Shown here: in pieces, positions 18,505-28,678 of the stretch | Layout of the letters: every line of letters begins with the position of its first letter | How positions within the stretch are numbered: position 1 is the first letter of the stretch | DNA from: Thermoplasmata archaeon | GTDB taxonomy: Archaea > Thermoplasmatota > Thermoplasmata > Thermoplasmatales > GCA-001856825 | Length of the DNA: 64,000 nt | Direction: 5' to 3' | NCBI GenBank assembly: GCA_023256615.1 | Contig: JAGDXO010000022.1 | Coordinates: 5,672-69,671, forward strand | Program-made: the position numbers and the translations under genes | The notes under the pieces: model-generated | Told to the model about the DNA's origin: nothing | The model's database searches: none | The model's input: the letters and a program-made list of their open reading frames with translations, nothing else

Positions 18505-19504
18505 TTATAATCATCCTCCTGAACTCATCAAAAACGCCTAGCTCATCCCTTGGACCAGGACCGCCCTCTGGATGGAATTGCGTCGTAAGCAGATTTTCAC
18601 CTTGCATTCCTTCGTTTGATCCGTCATTGAGGGATTTATATCTCATCTTCAGGCCCTTCCCCTCTTCAAATAGCACAGTAAAACCATGATTATGGGTGGT
18701 AATACCTATTTTTCCTGTTATTACATCCTTAACCGGATGATTTATACTTCTGTGACCAAATTTCATCTTTTCTGTCTTCATTCCTGACGCCAGCCCTATC
18801 AATTGATGACCTAGGCATATTCCAAGCATAGGAATATTTAACATTGATTTCCTTAGCTCCTCTCTAAATTGAATGAAATCTGGATGTGATGGATCTCCTG
18901 GGCCATTGGATATAACTATCCCATCGTAGTCCCCTATCTTGTTGAATGAAAAATCTGAGTACGGTATTATTGTTATATCGTATTCATTAAGGAATTTCAA
19001 TATATTCCCCTTGAGGCCTAGATCAACTAGTAAAATTTTACTAGCGCCTTCTTTTTTGAGATGAGTTTGATTTACTTGAATTTCATTAACAAGATTGTTC
19101 TCATACGGGTTGTCCATTCTTGCATTTCCTATCGTGCCAATTTTATTTCCATTCTTTCTAGTAAAATCTACTATTTTTCTAGTGTCGTTTAATATTATTC
19201 CTGGAACACCATTATCTTCCAAATATTTTGAAAACTTTTCCTTAAATATTGAAGGTATTCTATTTAATACTACCCCTCTTACCTGTACATCCTTACTTTC
19301 ACCTTCCTCTTCTATCCCGTAGGAACCTATGTATGGGAAGGAAAAGACTAGTATCTGACCACGGTAACTTGGATCTGTTATAGATTTCAAATAACCTGAA
19401 GGAGATGTTGTAAAAACAATCTCTCCAGATACTTCAGTTTCTTTTCCAAAAAATTCACCCTCAAATTCTCCCAATCCATCAACTTTTAGGATTCCTTTTT
19501 TCAA
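18497..19504 (-). CDS. carA: Carbamoyl-phosphate synthase small (glutaminase) subunit
   Basis: 335 aa. GATase class I motifs GICLGHQL and QFHPE. Overlaps carB by 8 nt. Confidence 0.95.
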   Translation of the reverse strand: MKKGILKVDGLGEFEGEFFGKETEVSGEIVFTTSPSGYLKSITDPSYRGQILVFSFPYIGSYGIEEEGESKDVQVRGVVLNRIPSIFKEKFSKYLEDNGVPGIILNDTRKIVDFTRKNGNKIGTIGNARMDNPYENNLVNEIQVNQTHLKKEGASKILLVDLGLKGNILKFLNEYDITIIPYSDFSFNKIGDYDGIVISNGPGDPSHPDFIQFREELRKSMLNIPMLGICLGHQLIGLASGMKTEKMKFGHRSINHPVKDVITGKIGITTHNHGFTVLFEEGKGLKMRYKSLNDGSNEGMQGENLLTTQFHPEGGPGPRDELGVFDEFRRMIIND

Positions 19505-19599
19505 TTCTACCTTTACCCAATTCCATTCTTAGATATATATTTGAAGGTATAAAATATTCTATTTAAATTATATAAAAACTTCTAATTTTCAGCATTTAT

Positions 19600-20640
19600 T
19601 TATAATACCTCAATATCCTTCAATATTTTACTTGATATCAAGATATTTCTGTGATCTCTTCTCTTTTCCATTTCAAATAATTCCTTGAGGCCGAGGAGAA
19701 AATTCATTGAGGATCTATCGTAGACAATGTAATTATTCTGTAGAATCCTAGATCCATCACTTTCCCACCACATTGTGACCGGCCCGATCCTTCTGGAGAC
19801 AATATTATGAAAGAAATCGTTGAACCAATCACTATTTTCTTTGCATTCAAGTATTCTTATTCCATTTTCCTCTACTATTAAGTTACAATTCCCCTTCCTT
19901 ATTTTTTCATCTCTTTTCTGTATTAAATATAAGTCTACTTTTTCTTTCCCGTAAAATTTTGGATAAAAGATCCCTTTGTTAGTGAAAAGTCCATCAACCT
20001 TTTCCTCTATCTCATTATCCTTGAATTCCCATATAGTTCTGATTAATCTAAAATTTGATAAATCAATACCTTTTGTAGCTAGAAAATTATAGTAAAAAGG
20101 TATTTTATTTACATGATTCATAGGCCCAAAATAAATTATTTCTCCAATTCCGTTCAGTGCAAAGAGTAACTCGAGAGTAATCTTACTTATAAATTCATAA
20201 TTGTTATTTGTGAAATAAAATATAAAATAGGCTGAGTCAAGTTCTCTGAGAACGGTTTGTTCTATGACAATTCCCTCGTGCTTGATCATTTTATCCAGAT
20301 ATTGCTCCAGTAATGTGGGCATTTTAGAATCTATTATGTCATTGTTCATCACTACCTCGGCATCGAGATTCACATTATCATATGCCCTCTGTATATTTCT
20401 TGCGAATTCTGAAGCTACACCCCTTCCATAAGATATTAAAGAATTATTATAAGTGTGCCAGTGATCTCCAACCTTTGATAGCATTATGATATAACTTTCC
20501 ACATTCTTAAAATCGTCCTTAACTCTTGGAGTACTTAGTTTAACAGGAAAACCAACTGTGAATTTAATAATGAGAACATTTTCCAATGGTAATTTCAAAT
20601 TTTGCTCTCCTATTTGAAGAGTCATTTTGTAAATTACCAT
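19600..20640 (-). CDS. Hypothetical protein (346 aa), no family recognised
   Basis: A long ORF with ordinary codon composition and AT-rich promoter-like flanks. I recognise no motif in it. Confidence 0.5.
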   Translation of the reverse strand: MVIYKMTLQIGEQNLKLPLENVLIIKFTVGFPVKLSTPRVKDDFKNVESYIIMLSKVGDHWHTYNNSLISYGRGVASEFARNIQRAYDNVNLDAEVVMNNDIIDSKMPTLLEQYLDKMIKHEGIVIEQTVLRELDSAYFIFYFTNNNYEFISKITLELLFALNGIGEIIYFGPMNHVNKIPFYYNFLATKGIDLSNFRLIRTIWEFKDNEIEEKVDGLFTNKGIFYPKFYGKEKVDLYLIQKRDEKIRKGNCNLIVEENGIRILECKENSDWFNDFFHNIVSRRIGPVTMWWESDGSRILQNNYIVYDRSSMNFLLGLKELFEMEKRRDHRNILISSKILKDIEVL

Positions 20641-20754
20641 TTTATAGAATTTAATTTTTTCTATTAATTTTAAAAAAAATTCTTTTTGTTTTATATATAT
20701 ACAAAATTGTAAAAATGAGTGATAAAATTATTAACTTTTTTTCAATACAGGTAT

Positions 20755-22305
20755 ATGCCGTTTGATAATGAGAACACCTATATTAAAATGGTAGAAAAAC
20801 ATCAGGAGACTGAATTCCACAAGAAATATGAAGAAGCTTTGAAATTAGTAACAAAATATTTTGAGATGGAATACCCAAACCTAGTTGTAGAAAAAATTTA
20901 TGAAAAGGACAAATTAGAGCACGTATCTCCATTAGATGGTAAAACAAAGGTAGGAACATTCCAGATGTCCTCAAAGGAGACTTCAGAGAAGGCAGCAAAA
21001 ATTGCCTCTGAAAATTATAGGAAATGGTTCAATATTGGATATGTTGAGAGATCTAGAATTTTCCTTAAGGCGGCGGATATTCTGTCACAAAGAAAATTTG
21101 AATTTTCTGCAATTCTGAGCTACGAAAATGGAAAAAATAGATATGAGGCGATGGGAGACGTAGATGAAGCAATTGATTTTATGAGGTACTATGCACTCCA
21201 ATTAATAGAGAACGAAGGTTTCATAAAATTTACCGGAACAGCATACTATGGAGAAGATTCAAAAAGTGTTATGAAGCCTTATGGACTTTTCCTTGTTGTT
21301 GCTCCTTTCAATTTCTTCTCTATAACGGTTGGGATGACCAGCGGCCCCCTAATAGTAGGAAACAGCGTGATTCTTAAACCCTCTTCTGACATACCACTTT
21401 CTTCCTACAAATTTGTTGAACTCATGCATGAAGCTGGAGTTCCAAAGGAGAATCTTATCTACCTGTCTGGGTCTGGAGGGAGAGTTGGAAGAACATTGTA
21501 TACAAATGAGCTAGTGGAAGGTGTTGTGTTCACTGGGAGCAGAGAAATTGGTATGAAAATTTTCCGTGAAGCTCAAGAGAAGAGACCAAAGGTAATGGTA
21601 ACAGAGATGGGCGGCAAGGATACTATAATTGTCACATCAAAATGCGATATTGATAAAGCTGCTGAGGGGGTTGCAAGATCTGCCTTTGGATATTCCGGAC
21701 AGAAATGTTCTGCATGCAGCCTGGCACTGATTGATGAAAAAATTTATGATGAATTCAAAGAAAAGCTTGTCGCATTTTCAAAGAAACTATCGGTAGATGA
21801 CCCCCGTAAGAAGGATACATTCACCGGTCCGGTAATTAATAAGGAAGCTTATGATAAATTCATAAACATTATGAGTACAGTGAAGAAGGAAAAAATATTG
21901 CTCGGTGGAGATGTTAAAAAAATGGATGGTTTTTATGCAGAGAATACAATACTTGATAATGTTGAAGATCCAAATATTGAAAGAGTGGAACTTTTCCTTC
22001 CAATACTCGCAATTAAACCTATGAAATCTCTCGAAGAATCTGTGAAATTCGTTAACTCTATGGATTATGGACTTACAGGCGGAATATTCAGCGAGGACAA
22101 AAACGAAATTGACTATTACTTCGAAAATATAGATGTTGGTGTCATATATGCAAACAGAAGAAGGGGAGGATCAACTGGCGCCATGGTTGGTTCACAGCCT
22201 TTTGTTGGCTGGAAAATGAGCGGTACCACAGGAAAGGGAACAGGCTCATTCTATTATCTACAACAATTCTTAAGGGAACAGGCACAAACTATTGTGAGGG
22301 CTTGA
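20755..22305 (+). CDS. Aldehyde dehydrogenase family, 1-pyrroline-5-carboxylate dehydrogenase-like
   Basis: ALDH catalytic motifs TEMGGKD and FGYSGQKCSACS. The ATG at 20755 is preferred over the upstream GTG at 20719 used by the ORF track. Confidence 0.8.
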   Translation: MPFDNENTYIKMVEKHQETEFHKKYEEALKLVTKYFEMEYPNLVVEKIYEKDKLEHVSPLDGKTKVGTFQMSSKETSEKAAKIASENYRKWFNIGYVERSRIFLKAADILSQRKFEFSAILSYENGKNRYEAMGDVDEAIDFMRYYALQLIENEGFIKFTGTAYYGEDSKSVMKPYGLFLVVAPFNFFSITVGMTSGPLIVGNSVILKPSSDIPLSSYKFVELMHEAGVPKENLIYLSGSGGRVGRTLYTNELVEGVVFTGSREIGMKIFREAQEKRPKVMVTEMGGKDTIIVTSKCDIDKAAEGVARSAFGYSGQKCSACSLALIDEKIYDEFKEKLVAFSKKLSVDDPRKKDTFTGPVINKEAYDKFINIMSTVKKEKILLGGDVKKMDGFYAENTILDNVEDPNIERVELFLPILAIKPMKSLEESVKFVNSMDYGLTGGIFSEDKNEIDYYFENIDVGVIYANRRRGGSTGAMVGSQPFVGWKMSGTTGKGTGSFYYLQQFLREQAQTIVRA

Positions 22306-23668
22306 TTATACCTTCAATTATTTTATTTACATTTTTTATAAAATCATATTCTTTTCCATTGGGTATCATGGCCCCAGCCGCATTTCTGTGACCTCCGCCA
22401 GATCCACCCACAAGTTCAGCCGCATCCCTGAATATTAATGATAGGTCAAGTTTTTCAGAGAGATCTAAAGATATCCTTCCTGAGATCTTCTTGCTTCCCT
22501 CAATATCCGCCATTACTATAACTACAGATTCCTTTGGAATTTTTTTATGTGTAATTATTCTTGTTGCTATGGTGCCTGTTATGTTGTTTTCAAGATTTGA
22601 TCCAAAATCATAATAATGAATAATCCCCATAACCTTCCCCTGCATTTCATCTAGGAATCTTGATGCTTTTCTCAGGGTTTCTGTGTGATCTGAATACAGC
22701 TTCATAGCTTCTTCTAATACGGGGCCTCTCTCAAATAAACAAAGCTTTACTCCCACTTCTGGATTGCCCTTTCGTGAAGTAGCATTTATTATTGACGAAA
22801 AATCTCTTGCGTCCTTTAGGACAGAGCTTATTGGTTCAGTTTTCAATTCATATACTTCCCCTGTAAGCCTATTTTTTTCACCGCCCTCCTTTTCTAATAA
22901 GTATAGAAGTTCATTTATGATATTTTTTCTTTTTTCTTCTGAAATATCTACCCATCTTGTGCTATTTGCCATTTTCCTTGGAATTCCCATTCTTTCAAGG
23001 AGTCCGTATACAGCATCAGGCCTATCATATAGGGAGTTTATCTTGGGATCGTTTCCGAATCTCAACATGTATGATACGGGCTTGGAACTTCTGCCAAAAT
23101 ATCGTATATCATTTTTAGGTTCTATTATACCTACCTCTTTTGATAAATTCATCACTTCTCTGTCAGTTTCCACAAGCCTCCCGAATTTTTTGTCATGAAG
23201 GTCGCCTACAGACCCTATAACAGAAAGATGAGAAACTGCTATAACCTCCTGAATTATATTCATTGAAAAAAGGAAAGTAGTCGTTGAACCAGATTGAGAG
23301 ATACTACCATCAAGTCCTTCAAGATGAGGATTGAACTGGTATATCTTATTACCATTATCCTGAATAAAATTATCCATTATCGCTGGATTATGGTGATCAG
23401 TGATTATTCCCTTAATATTTTTCATTTCATTAACTTTGGATGAACCCATATCATTGAACCAATAAATTTCTTCTTCCTTTCCAGTTATGTCCTCTATTGA
23501 TAGTTGATTTCTTATCCTTATTTCATAATTCAATCCAAGCCTCTTTATGACGAAGAGTGCAATTCCTGCTGATGCTATTCCGTCCGAGTCATGATGCGAA
23601 TATATTATGAGCTTCTTCGAGTTCTGGATTAAATCCACTGCTTCAGAAATCATTGTAAACTGCCTCAT
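22289..23668 (-). CDS. recJ: Archaeal RecJ-like DHH/DHHA1 phosphoesterase (GAN/Cdc45-related family)
   Basis: DHH motifs (YSHHDSDGIAS, ITDHHN) and the DHHA1 motif GGGHRNAAGA. Confidence 0.75.
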   Translation of the reverse strand: MRQFTMISEAVDLIQNSKKLIIYSHHDSDGIASAGIALFVIKRLGLNYEIRIRNQLSIEDITGKEEEIYWFNDMGSSKVNEMKNIKGIITDHHNPAIMDNFIQDNGNKIYQFNPHLEGLDGSISQSGSTTTFLFSMNIIQEVIAVSHLSVIGSVGDLHDKKFGRLVETDREVMNLSKEVGIIEPKNDIRYFGRSSKPVSYMLRFGNDPKINSLYDRPDAVYGLLERMGIPRKMANSTRWVDISEEKRKNIINELLYLLEKEGGEKNRLTGEVYELKTEPISSVLKDARDFSSIINATSRKGNPEVGVKLCLFERGPVLEEAMKLYSDHTETLRKASRFLDEMQGKVMGIIHYYDFGSNLENNITGTIATRIITHKKIPKESVVIVMADIEGSKKISGRISLDLSEKLDLSLIFRDAAELVGGSGGGHRNAAGAMIPNGKEYDFIKNVNKIIEGIIKPSQ

Positions 23669-24677
23669 TTATCTGAATTGGTAGTGAATTTTCTTCCGTT
23701 TTAAAAGATTCCCACTTTTCCCTGCATTCACAGCTTAAATTCTCTAGATAGGCAAAGTCTCCAGTTTCACTGTATTTCCTTATGGACTCGGAAAATATTC
23801 TATCACAAGAGTGACCGTTATGTGGGCCCCTACTTTTGCCCGATCCTGTTATAAGGGAGACGACTGGAATATGAATATCTCTCAGTGATAATAGAACTTC
23901 AACCACACTCCATAACCATGGAGGCCTGTAATTTCCTTCCTTGTATAGAGACTCTACCAGAGTTCCTTTCTGTATATTCATCGGATTTATAGAAATGAAA
24001 TCCGCAAATGATGAAATATCCCTTGCAGATTTTATTGTATCATCTATTGCCTCCTGTTCCTTCATAAACGGTGGCTTCATTAAAAGATATGCCCTAACTG
24101 ATATTCCATTCCTATGAAGCGTCTCTGAAGCTCTTTTAAAATCTTCAAAATTATAATTCTTGTTAATAAGGTATTTAAGAACGTCCGGATCGGTAGATTC
24201 CATACCCATAGCTACCTGAAGTTTCCCGGCGAATTGCTTTAATCTCTCTGCTTTGTTTATTATGTATTCTGGCCTGCTTTCGACTATTAGAAAATTATAA
24301 TGATTAAGTAATTTTTCTATTATTGGTACTTGTATTTCTTCACTTACCTCTAAAGGATCAAAAAAAGAGCCAGATGTGAATACTTTTAGCACATCTCCTT
24401 TATTGTGATCCTTCAAAAAATCTTCAACCTGTTTCATTATATCATTCGCATTTATTTCTGGGTTAGTGTCTTCCCAAAATCCACACATTGAACATCCTGA
24501 ATGATAACTCCAACTGCATCCCCTTGTTCTTAAAATTAAAACTCTTTCGTCCCTTGTTCTTCCATTCAGGAACTCCTTTTCATTGTAAGTGGTCACATAG
24601 TCTTTCCTTTCACTTCTACCTATCCTATTTCTAATTTCCCTAATCTCTCCAGCGAATTGGAGATCAATACTGTTCAT
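23643..24677 (-). CDS. Radical SAM domain protein (Elp3-like; possibly archaeosine RaSEA-type, tentative)
   Basis: Cys cluster RGCSWSYHSGCSMCG and a TIM-barrel-like radical SAM core (VESRPEY, MGMES). The specific function is from memory only. Confidence 0.55.
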   Translation of the reverse strand: MNSIDLQFAGEIREIRNRIGRSERKDYVTTYNEKEFLNGRTRDERVLILRTRGCSWSYHSGCSMCGFWEDTNPEINANDIMKQVEDFLKDHNKGDVLKVFTSGSFFDPLEVSEEIQVPIIEKLLNHYNFLIVESRPEYIINKAERLKQFAGKLQVAMGMESTDPDVLKYLINKNYNFEDFKRASETLHRNGISVRAYLLMKPPFMKEQEAIDDTIKSARDISSFADFISINPMNIQKGTLVESLYKEGNYRPPWLWSVVEVLLSLRDIHIPVVSLITGSGKSRGPHNGHSCDRIFSESIRKYSETGDFAYLENLSCECREKWESFKTEENSLPIQINEAVYNDF

Positions 24678-24750
24678 TAATCCCTTATTAGAATTTGATT
24701 AATAACTTGTTCCTTCGTAATACTTTTAAATGTGTATTTAATATAAAAAT

Positions 24751-25386
24751 ATGTGTAGAATGATACTTTCAATTGGAAAATTCACTGATTTGACTCCATA
24801 TTTTAGTTTTCTAAATGAAATGGCCAGAAATGGCTATAATGCTCCTCACAATGATGGATTTGGTTATGCAATTTATAACAAGGGGGAAGTGACAGTAAAG
24901 AAGAGCATCAAAGAAATCAGTCAAGAAAAGGATCTTTTCGGAACTGCTATACTCGCTCATGCCAGGAAGATAAGCTCCTCAAGCAAGAGTATCAATAACA
25001 CCCAACCCTTTGTAAATGGAATGATAAGTTTTGCACATAACGGTACAATCAAGGAATTAGGTGAAAAAAATAGAAGTGACAGTTATTTTTATTTCAAAAA
25101 AATATTGAAGAGTTTTCCAGCTGCTATTGAGAACATTAGGCAGATGAATTTTACGAGCATAAATTTCATTATTACCGATGGGAATTATGCTGCAGCCTAC
25201 AGGGAGGCAAGGGAGGATAAGGGCTATTATTCACTGTTCTATAAATTGGATGATGATAGATTTACCGTTTCTACAGAAGTGATGAATGGTAAATGGTATG
25301 AAATTGAGAATCAGACTCTTGTGGTTTACAGGGATGGAAGAATCAAAGAATATAATTCCAAGGATGTTGTTCCTTCTGTAATTTAA
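24751..25386 (+). CDS. Class II (Ntn) glutamine amidotransferase domain protein
   Basis: Begins with MC (a Cys2 nucleophile after Met removal). 211 aa. HARKISSSS ... NTQPF pattern. Confidence 0.6.
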   Translation: MCRMILSIGKFTDLTPYFSFLNEMARNGYNAPHNDGFGYAIYNKGEVTVKKSIKEISQEKDLFGTAILAHARKISSSSKSINNTQPFVNGMISFAHNGTIKELGEKNRSDSYFYFKKILKSFPAAIENIRQMNFTSINFIITDGNYAAAYREAREDKGYYSLFYKLDDDRFTVSTEVMNGKWYEIENQTLVVYRDGRIKEYNSKDVVPSVI

Positions 25387-26339
25387 TATTTTAATGGAAT
25401 CATTTCTGAAATTCTAGAAATGAAAGCAGACATAATTGATTCATAAACTAGTTCCCACCTTTCCTTCCTTCCGCCTGAAAAATAGTAAATTGCACCTTTG
25501 TTTTCACCAGATTTTCGAGTACCTACAAGATTGTCTGTGACCTCTTCAAGGTTCTTCCCCTCTTTTAAAAATTGAATGGTTTGCTCCTTAATAGGGAGGC
25601 CTGATGACATACCGGATAACTTATTTCCCATTCCATCCCTGATAAGCGAATAATGAATATCATAGTACCTGCTACCGATCTTAATTATTCCAGCTTCTAT
25701 TCCAATTGCATAATCAACATCGTCTGGAATTTCCTTGATTCTTTGTTCAGCCGAAATAAAAATCTCATCCCCGAATGGTTGGTTTATCTCCGTTCTGTTG
25801 GCATATTTTTCAATTCTGAAATTAGTGAAAATATTCTTGGCGAATTTTTCAACTCCCTTTATCTTTTCAGGATTTTCGGATGCCACTCCAAGAATAATTT
25901 CTTTCAGTCTCCTTCCGTTTTCATCTATTTGCCCCTTGATTATTCTTTCTGATTTTATTGGCATAAGATCTTCTGCCAAAATAGTTCCGATATTTTCTAT
26001 AAATAGAGGCTTTATCCCGAGCGATTTCCTCTTAAAATTTATACTTCTCACAAAGTCTATTGTTTCATTGCTGACAACAATCGCATCAAAATAGGGATCG
26101 AGTGTTTTCCCATAAGGATCTTCTAATGGTGATATTCTAGCTCTGATTTTATTTTCTGATAAAAATGTTAAAAGTTTCTCTTCTCTCACCTTAAATGGAG
26201 GGACATTGTATTTTTTGTTGAACTCATATTTGTCAGATGTGACTCCGATGAATAGATCTCCCATTTTTGCGCCCCTTAAAATCATCTCCCTGTGAGCCTT
26301 GTGCAATATACTGAATGTACCTCCAAGTAGCACTCTCAT
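25383..26339 (-). CDS. Fusion protein: archaeal phosphopantetheine adenylyltransferase (N-terminal) plus DUF84/YjjX-type non-canonical NTPase (C-terminal)
   Basis: The N-terminal half has GGTFSILHKAH (cytidylyltransferase (H/T)xGH-type motif) and IVVSNET. The C-terminal half has ILGVASENPEKIKGV, NQPFGDE and DYAIGIEAG, as in inosine/xanthosine triphosphatases. Confidence 0.7.
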   Translation of the reverse strand: MRVLLGGTFSILHKAHREMILRGAKMGDLFIGVTSDKYEFNKKYNVPPFKVREEKLLTFLSENKIRARISPLEDPYGKTLDPYFDAIVVSNETIDFVRSINFKRKSLGIKPLFIENIGTILAEDLMPIKSERIIKGQIDENGRRLKEIILGVASENPEKIKGVEKFAKNIFTNFRIEKYANRTEINQPFGDEIFISAEQRIKEIPDDVDYAIGIEAGIIKIGSRYYDIHYSLIRDGMGNKLSGMSSGLPIKEQTIQFLKEGKNLEEVTDNLVGTRKSGENKGAIYYFSGGRKERWELVYESIMSAFISRISEMIPLKY

Positions 26340-26432
26340 TTATTACTGATTAAATAGACGGATAAATTTCTATTGCATCTTTTCGCTCTACAGATTACAC
26401 ATTCCTTTTATTTGCGGTTATAAATATTCTTT

Positions 26433-26783
26433 ATGAAATTAGCCGTAGTATTGAATGGGGAAAATAAACTTTCCCCTCTGGATATGGGTGAGAAGATAGA
26501 TTTAATCGATACAGATGAGAAGAAGATTCTGGAGTATGAAAACCCTGGTTTTCAAAGACCACACGGAGGTAAGGAAATAGCTATGAGTGTTATACTTCAG
26601 ATTAAACCTGATGCCTTGGCTGTGAAAGAGGGTTTCTTGTGCCCAGGTTCTTATAGAATGTCCGTAAATAGGATAAAATACGCTTTAACTAATGCGGGCG
26701 ATCTTGAAGAGCTTTTATCGGAGATAAATAATCTGAATCATAATCTTGTGGAAGACTTATCTGTGGAGATTTTCCGTGAATGA
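26433..26783 (+). CDS. Hypothetical protein (116 aa)
   Basis: ORF only. The weak resemblance to small NifX/NifB-like alpha/beta proteins is not reliable. Confidence 0.35.
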   Translation: MKLAVVLNGENKLSPLDMGEKIDLIDTDEKKILEYENPGFQRPHGGKEIAMSVILQIKPDALAVKEGFLCPGSYRMSVNRIKYALTNAGDLEELLSEINNLNHNLVEDLSVEIFRE

Positions 26784-26815
26784 TTACTTTTAGAATAACA
26801 TTAATATAAAAATTA

Positions 26816-26888
26816 TGCCGCGAGCCGGGATCGAACCGGCGACCTCAAGATCTTCAGTCTTGCGCTCTCCCAGCTGAGCTATCGCGGC
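26816..26888 (-). tRNA. tRNA-Phe (anticodon GAA)
   Basis: The reverse complement GCCGCGATAGCTCAGCTGGGAGAGCGCAAGACTGAAGATCTTGAGGTCGCCGGTTCGATCCCGGCTCGCGGCA folds as a cloverleaf. Acceptor stem GCCGCGA/TCGCGGC, anticodon loop CTGAAGA, T-loop TTCGATC. No encoded CCA. Confidence 0.95.
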
Positions 26889-26998
26889 TTTTACCAGCGA
26901 GAGTATTCTGATCCCTTAGAAATACTTTAAGTTTGCCCCGCCACCCCCCTCTTTCCACTGCAAGATTAGAGTTAATATCTAAAATGCTATATACCATT

Positions 26999-28069
26999 AT
27001 GAGAACTTCCTTATTTGAAGAACATGTAAAATTAAATGCAAAATTTGTTGACTTCCATGGTTGGGAAATGCCAATTCAGTATACCAGCATTATAGAAGAG
27101 CACAAACAGGTTAGAAGCAAGGCAGGTATTTTTGATGTATCGCATATGGGTGATATTATAATAGAGGGAAAGGACGCCCAGGATTTTATTTCATATTTAC
27201 TTCCAAGTGATTTATCAAAGGCAGAGGTAGGTAAGGCGGTTTATTCTGCTTACCTGAATAGTGATGCCAATATGATAGATGATACAATTGCTTACAAAAT
27301 GAGTGAAGAACGCTTTCTTGTTATTCCTAATGCAGCAACAACAGATAAAATTTACAATTGGATAATTAAGAATAAAAAGGATTTTAAAGTTGTTGTCAGC
27401 AATATTTCAAATAAACTCTCTTGTATAGCATTACAAGGTCCATCTGCATCAGAAGTTATGAAAAATATTATGCCTGAAGCAAATAAGCTTGATCATTTCA
27501 CCTTCATGAATGCTTCCTCTAAATTCCCATCCAAAGGATTGGAGGATTCTACATCAGTCGCAAGAACAGGTTATACAGGAGAAGATGGATTCGAATTCAT
27601 AATTCCAAATGAACATGCTCCAAAGCTATGGGAAGAGCTTCTAAGGAACAGTGATGTGAAACCTATAGGTCTAGGTGCCAGAGATACATTAAGGATGGAG
27701 AAGGGATTTTTGTTATCTGGTCAAGACTTCAATGAGGACAGAAATCCTATAGAAGCTGGGATATCATGGATAATAAACTGGGATCATGAGTTCATAGGAA
27801 AAAACATTCTTGAAAAGAAAAAGGATAATGTCAAGGAGAAGTTCAGAGGGCTATTATCATTAGATAGAACTATACCCAGGAATGGAAATATAATAAAATT
27901 GAATGGAGAGGAAATAGGCAAACTTACATCTGGAACATTCTCCCCTTCACTATCGAAAGGGATTGGACTTGGATATTTAAGAGCAGATATAAAATTTGAT
28001 ACAGAGGTTACAATTGTTGGTAAAACAGGAGAAGGGAAGGGAATAATAAAGAAACCAAGATTAGTCTAA
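26999..28069 (+). CDS. gcvT: Glycine cleavage system T protein (aminomethyltransferase)
   Basis: MRTSLFEEHVKLNAKFVDFHGWEMPIQY, FDVSHMG and ARDTLRMEKG motifs. The ATG at 26999 is preferred over the ORF-track start at 26933, which extends toward the tRNA promoter region. Confidence 0.9.
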   Translation: MRTSLFEEHVKLNAKFVDFHGWEMPIQYTSIIEEHKQVRSKAGIFDVSHMGDIIIEGKDAQDFISYLLPSDLSKAEVGKAVYSAYLNSDANMIDDTIAYKMSEERFLVIPNAATTDKIYNWIIKNKKDFKVVVSNISNKLSCIALQGPSASEVMKNIMPEANKLDHFTFMNASSKFPSKGLEDSTSVARTGYTGEDGFEFIIPNEHAPKLWEELLRNSDVKPIGLGARDTLRMEKGFLLSGQDFNEDRNPIEAGISWIINWDHEFIGKNILEKKKDNVKEKFRGLLSLDRTIPRNGNIIKLNGEEIGKLTSGTFSPSLSKGIGLGYLRADIKFDTEVTIVGKTGEGKGIIKKPRLV

Positions 28070-28606
28070 TCCATCTACGAATAATTTATGAATTCTTTCA
28101 TCACCATATATTTCAGGATGGAATGTTAAACCAATATTCCTTCCATCTTTTACCATTACTGGTTTTCCATTAAAGTAGCTTAAAACAACCCCTTTCCTAA
28201 CCTCATCAATTCTTGGAGCCCTTATGAAAACTCCCCTAAACGATCCTACATCGTTTATTTTTAAATCCGTTTCGAAACTCTCTCTCTGGGTGCCATAGGC
28301 ATTTCTGCTAACCGATATTTTTAATATGGGCATAAGCCCATCCTTATCATCAACTTTCTCCGATATGAGAATAAGACCAGCACAAGTACCCATGACTGGT
28401 ATTTTTATGTCCAGTATGTATTTATCCATACCTCTTGCTTTCAATATTGAACCTATAACTGTACTCTCACCACCAGGGATTATAAGACCATCTATAGAGT
28501 CAAGATCCTTTTTATATCTTACCATAACCCCCTCAACATTTATTTTTTTCAGCATTTCAAGATGTTCCGATACATCACCCTGAATATCAAGGATACCCAC
28601 TCTCAT
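28061..28606 (-). CDS. pdxT: Pyridoxal 5'-phosphate synthase glutaminase subunit PdxT
   Basis: MRVGILDIQGDVSEH, GTCAGLIL and TFHPE motifs. 181 aa. Confidence 0.9.
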   Translation of the reverse strand: MRVGILDIQGDVSEHLEMLKKINVEGVMVRYKKDLDSIDGLIIPGGESTVIGSILKARGMDKYILDIKIPVMGTCAGLILISEKVDDKDGLMPILKISVSRNAYGTQRESFETDLKINDVGSFRGVFIRAPRIDEVRKGVVLSYFNGKPVMVKDGRNIGLTFHPEIYGDERIHKLFVDGLD

Positions 28607-28678
28607 AAAGGGGTTATAGAAAACATATATCTATTTCTTCCCATCAAATTATATCCAAGAAATGAATTAAGAGATTTG

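Noticed and set aside
26889-26998. GC-rich stretch GCCCCGCCACCCCCCTCTTTCCACTGC upstream of gcvT as a possible structured RNA
   Set aside because: It lies between the tRNA-Phe upstream region and the preferred gcvT start. It has no convincing self-complementarity or known box motifs. It only creates the artefactual N-terminal extension in the ORF track (26933 start).
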